Assembly (NCBI GenBank): GCA_963974445.1
Contig: CAXBDI010000002.1
Location: 5,003-69,002 of the forward strand
Direction: 5' to 3'
Length of the DNA: 64,000 bases
DNA from: an uncultured Alphaproteobacteria bacterium
GTDB taxonomy: Bacteria; Pseudomonadota; Alphaproteobacteria; Bin95
Under the pieces are notes generated by a model, which was not told the origin of the DNA, did not search any database, and worked only from the letters and a program-made list of their open reading frames with translations. Positions 60,726-64,000 of the stretch are shown piece after piece (positions within the stretch are counted from its first letter, which is position 1; each line of letters starts with the position of its first letter). Made by a program: the position numbers and the translations under genes.

Positions 60726-62071
60726 ACTGCCGGCTCCAGCCCGACGTCGGCCAATGCCTTCGCCTGCCGCTTTGCCAGTGCTGCCGTGTCGAAGTCCTCC
60801 ACCAGGTCGTGGAACAGGCGGTGCCAGTTAATCTCCGCCTTCAGGTGCATAAAGACGCTGCCGAGGCCGATGGCGGCGCGGTCCATCATGACGAACTCGC
60901 GCGGCGGGCGAACCCCGCCCAGCTTGCGCAGTTCGGTATGCACCTTTTCGGCGACCTGCGCACCGTAATGGCTGTTTTCGCTCTGCTGGATCTTTTGGAC
61001 CTTGTCTTCCATCAGCGGTGAATAAACGAACTCCGCCCACAGGTTCAGCACCTGGATCAACTCCTTGGACGGCTTTTCGAACCCCCAAGTTTCGTATGCG
61101 TGCACCGCCAACGCTTCGTTGTGATCGCGGATGGCCTTATAGAGGTCGATCACGCCCTCGACAAAGCTGGATGGAAACACGCGGATACAGCCGAAATCCA
61201 GCAGGTTGATGCTGTTGTCTTGCCGCACCGTGTAGTTGCCGAGATGTGGGTCGCCATGGATGATGCCGTAATTGTAGAACGGCACATACCAGGCGCGGAA
61301 CATGTTGTAGGCAATCCGGTTGCGCTGTTCCGCCGGGCGTTGCGCCGCGTCCAGCAGCGGCACGCCGTCCAGCCAGGTCATGGTCAGCAAGCGGCCGGTG
61401 GAGAGGTCCTCAACCGGCTCCGGTATATGCACGCCGGGCTCATTCGCCAGCATGTTTGCGTAGAGGCGCATCTGCTTCGCCTCGCGCTCGTAATCCAACT
61501 CCTCACGCAGGCGGGCGGAGACTTCCTCGAAGATGTTCTCAGTCTGGATCGCCTTGTCGAAGCGCGAGTAGAGCGAAAAGATCAGCTTCAGTTGGCTGAG
61601 ATCGGCCTCGACCACGCTGGCCATATCTGGATATTGCAGCTTCACCGCCGCCTGCCGGCCATCGTGCAGGGTCGCCTTGTGCACCTGGCCGAGGGAGGCG
61701 GCGTGGGCGGCGTCCTGGCTGAAGTCGGCGAATCGCTCCTGCCAGCCGGCGCCCAATTGGCCGGTCATGCGGCGGCGCACGAACAGCCAATCCATCGGCG
61801 GCGCGTTCGCCTGAAGTTGGCGCAATTCTTCGGCGTATTCCTTGGGCAGGGCGTCGGGGATGGAGGCCAGGATCTGCGCCACTTTCATCAGCGGCCCCTT
61901 CAGGCCGCCCAGCGCCTTGCGCAGCGTCACCGCGTGCTTCTCCCGGTCCATTTTCAGGCCGAGATAGTGCTCCCCCGCGACCTTCGCCGCCAGCGAGCCG
62001 ACCGTGCGCGACGTGCCGACATAGCGCCTCGCCCTTCGCCCGAAGCGGGAGGCCTCGTCGTCGGGGGTCAT
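60722..62071 (-). CDS. ABC1/AarF/UbiB-family atypical kinase
   Basis: Contains LKGPLMKVAQILASIPDALPKEYAEELRQLQ..ASLGQVHKA..VKLQYP..HGDPHLGN..LLDFG. ATG at 62071. Its stop overlaps the znuA start (ATGA). Confidence 0.88.
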   Translation of the reverse strand: MTPDDEASRFGRRARRYVGTSRTVGSLAAKVAGEHYLGLKMDREKHAVTLRKALGGLKGPLMKVAQILASIPDALPKEYAEELRQLQANAPPMDWLFVRRRMTGQLGAGWQERFADFSQDAAHAASLGQVHKATLHDGRQAAVKLQYPDMASVVEADLSQLKLIFSLYSRFDKAIQTENIFEEVSARLREELDYEREAKQMRLYANMLANEPGVHIPEPVEDLSTGRLLTMTWLDGVPLLDAAQRPAEQRNRIAYNMFRAWYVPFYNYGIIHGDPHLGNYTVRQDNSINLLDFGCIRVFPSSFVEGVIDLYKAIRDHNEALAVHAYETWGFEKPSKELIQVLNLWAEFVYSPLMEDKVQKIQQSENSHYGAQVAEKVHTELRKLGGVRPPREFVMMDRAAIGLGSVFMHLKAEINWHRLFHDLVEDFDTAALAKRQAKALADVGLEPAV

Positions 62072-62085
62072 GGGCAAGCCCCTAT

Positions 62086-62190
62086 CCTCCGTCCCGGGCT
62101 TGACCCGGGATCCATGCCAGAGCGCCAGCCTCACCGCCTCGCTTGGCACAAAGTCTCAGGCGTGGGCCCCGGGTCCAGCCCGGGGAGGAG
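62086..62190 (+). repeat. Self-complementary ~100-bp repeat, type A2, copy 1
   Basis: CCTCCGTCCCGGGCTTGACCCGGGATCCATGCCAGAGCGCCAGCCTCACCGCCTCGCTTGGCACAAAGTCTCAGGCGTGGGCCCCGGGTCCAGCCCGGGGAGGAG. The 5' and 3' arms are complementary. Confidence 0.75.
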
Positions 62191-62206
62191 GTGGTGGGTG
62201 GAAAGT

Positions 62207-62488
62207 TCATAGAAATTTTGCCAAATCCTCCCAATTCGGATTCGAGGCCTCTATTAACTCGATCTTCCAAGCTCTCCGCCATTTCTTTATCTGCCTTTCA
62301 CGTTGTCGAGCATCGAACAGAGTCGCAAAATCCTCGGAATATACCAGTCGGGTAACGCCGTATTTGGCCGAAAATCCATCGACAACCTTTCCCTTATGCT
62401 CGCCAACTCGTCGCGCAAGGTCCGTTGTGGATCCCGTTTAAAGTGTGCCATTCTTTTGACTGGCTAAGATGTACACATAGCCGGGCAC
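62207..62488 (-). pseudogene. Small GIY-YIG nuclease-family gene with an in-frame TAA at codon 17
   Basis: The minus strand reads (GTG)MPGYVYILASQKNGTL*TGSTTDLARRVGEHKGKVVDGFSAKYGVTRLVYSEDFATLFDARQRERQIKKWRRAWKIELIEASNPNWEDLAKFL*. The TAA (62440-62438) replaces the Tyr of the YIG motif. The segment is low in GC. Confidence 0.75.
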
Positions 62489-62501
62489 GCCGCCTTCCTT
62501 C

Positions 62502-62602
62502 CCTCCCGGGCTTGACCCGGGATCCATGCCAGAGCGCCAGCCTCACTGCCTCGCTTGCCGCCAAAGCTCAGGCATGGGCCCCGGGTCCAGCCCGGGGAGG
62601 AG
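62502..62602 (+). repeat. Self-complementary ~100-bp repeat, type A2, copy 2
   Basis: Same orientation as 62086-62190 and about 90% identical by eye. Differences are a 4-nt indel after CCTCC, GCCGCCAAAG versus GGCACAAAGT, and a few SNPs. Confidence 0.75.
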
Positions 62603-62626
62603 AAAGTTAAGTAAGATGCACAGGCA

Positions 62627-64000
62627 CTATGCAACATCCAACCCCTCCAACTCGTCGATCATGCCGGAGATGATGTCGAGGCCCTGGTTCCAGAACGCCG
62701 GGTCGCTGGCGTCGAGGCCGAATGGCGCCAGCAACTCCTTGTGGCGGTAGCGGCCGCCGGAGGCGAGCAAAGTCAGGTATTTCTCCTGGAAGCCGTCGGG
62801 GTTGCGCTGAAACTCGGCGTAGAGGGCGTTCACCAGGCAATCGCCGAAGGCATAGGCGTAGACGTAGAACGGCGAGTGGATGAAGTGGCCGATATAGGTC
62901 CAGTAGCCGCGGTACGTGTCGTCAAAGCGGACCGCCGGCCCGAGGCTTTCCGCCTGGATTTCCATCCAGTAGTCGCAGATCTGCTCCGCCGTCAGCTCGC
63001 CCTCGCGCCGGCCGGCGTGCACCTTCTCCTCGAAGCAATAGAAGGCGATCTGGCGGACGACGGTGTTCAGCATGTCCTCGACCTTGCCGGCCAGCAGGAT
63101 GCGGCGCTTGGCGGGGTCTTTTTCAGCATCCAGCACACGGCGGAAGGTCAGCATCTCGCCAAACACCGACGCGGTTTCGGCCAGCGTCAGCGGCGTCTGG
63201 CTGACCAGGTGGCCCTGCTTTTCGCCGGCCAACACCTGATGGCAGCCGTGGCCGAGCTCGTGCGCCAGGGTCATCATATCCCGCACGTTGCCCTGGTAGT
63301 TCAGCAGCAGATAGGGGTGAGCGCTGGGGACGCAGGGGTGGGCGAAGGCGCCGGGCGACTTGCCTGGGCGGGTCGGCACGTCGATCCAGGCGTTGTCGAA
63401 GAACTTCTGCCCCACCGCAGCCAGATCCGGCGAGAAGCCGCTATAGGCCGCCAGCACGGTCTCCCGCGCCTCGTCCCAACCGATGGTGCGGTCGTCGGCG
63501 TCGGGCAGCGGCGCGTTGCGGTCCCAATAGTCGAGCTTGTCGGACCCCATCCACTTCGCCTTCAGCGCGTAGTAGCGGTGCGACAGGCGCGGATAGCTGT
63601 CGCGCACCGCCGTGACCAACGCGTCGACCACCTCGTCCTCGACCTGGTTGGCCATGTTGCGGGCCGAGACCGGGCGCGGGTATTTGCGCCAGCGGTCGTC
63701 GATCTCCTTGTCCTTCGCCAGAGTGTTGGTGATGCGCGCGAACAGGCCGAGGTTCTGGGTGAAGACCTCGCCCAGCGCCAGCGCCGCCGCCTTGCGCCTT
63801 GCCGGCGAAGCGTCGGTCAGCAGGTGCAGCGCCTGGGCGCTGGTCAACTCCTCGCCATCGACGGTAAAGCGCAAGCCGGCCATGGTCTCGTCGAACAGGC
63901 GGTTCCAGGCGGCGGAGCCGACCACGTGCTGCTCGTGCAGAAACCTCTCCAACTCGTCGGAGAGTTGGTGCGGGCGGTTGATCCGCACATTGCGCAGCCA
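62627..64000 (-). CDS. pepF: Oligoendopeptidase F (M3B), C-terminal ~457 codons (5' end lies beyond the right edge of the window)
   Basis: Zinc motif AHELGHGCH and family-typical ..YWTYIGHFIHSPFYVYAYAFG. The frame is open to the right edge of the window. Confidence 0.9.
   Translation of the reverse strand, partial: WLRNVRINRPHQLSDELERFLHEQHVVGSAAWNRLFDETMAGLRFTVDGEELTSAQALHLLTDASPARRKAAALALGEVFTQNLGLFARITNTLAKDKEIDDRWRKYPRPVSARNMANQVEDEVVDALVTAVRDSYPRLSHRYYALKAKWMGSDKLDYWDRNAPLPDADDRTIGWDEARETVLAAYSGFSPDLAAVGQKFFDNAWIDVPTRPGKSPGAFAHPCVPSAHPYLLLNYQGNVRDMMTLAHELGHGCHQVLAGEKQGHLVSQTPLTLAETASVFGEMLTFRRVLDAEKDPAKRRILLAGKVEDMLNTVVRQIAFYCFEEKVHAGRREGELTAEQICDYWMEIQAESLGPAVRFDDTYRGYWTYIGHFIHSPFYVYAYAFGDCLVNALYAEFQRNPDGFQEKYLTLLASGGRYRHKELLAPFGLDASDPAFWNQGLDIISGMIDELEGLDVA

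Overview
High-GC (about 65%) chromosomal segment with alphaproteobacterial signatures: gene orders topA-dprA-plsY-pyrC-pyrB, gatC-gatA-X-gatB and pgsA-moaD-moaE, plus a ChpT phosphotransferase, DUF1127 and a PAS_5 protein. Most of it is housekeeping: pyrimidine and purine synthesis, the Gat amidotransferase, Moco synthesis (mobA, moaA, moaD, moaE), nth, ruvX, nadK, apt, glpD, gabD and one tRNA-Val(GAC). It also carries many redox and hydrolase genes, including four luciferase-like monooxygenase (LLM) paralogues, a Baeyer-Villiger monooxygenase, SDR, AKR, dienelactone hydrolase, creatininase and D-aminoacylase. Many long ORFs in the track are antisense shadows of real genes, and many track starts are over-extended, so I re-picked starts where sequence supported it. 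topA is absent from the track because it has no stop inside the window. No CRISPR array, intact mobile element or recognisable defence system was seen. Features worth a second look: (1) an F420 cofE-cofD pair embedded among LLM/SDR oxidoreductases; (2) a small GIY-YIG nuclease gene with an in-frame TAA, bracketed by two direct copies of a ~100-bp hairpin repeat whose relatives are scattered through the window; (3) a textbook sigma-54 promoter, IHF-like site and upstream half-site array in front of an exported protein with a PEP-CTERM-like (PAP-CTERM) tail; (4) a transglutaminase-like membrane protein translationally wedged between gatA and gatB; (5) a decayed low-GC island at 13.7-16.4 kb made of three transposase remnants, a truncated ECF sigma factor and small membrane proteins; (6) a perfect CtrA box upstream of chpT; (7) a mini-ORF / cytochrome b561 / membrane-anchored LuxR operon; (8) an ABC1 kinase translationally coupled to an orphan znuA. 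All family assignments come from reading the translated sequences. No database search was run.
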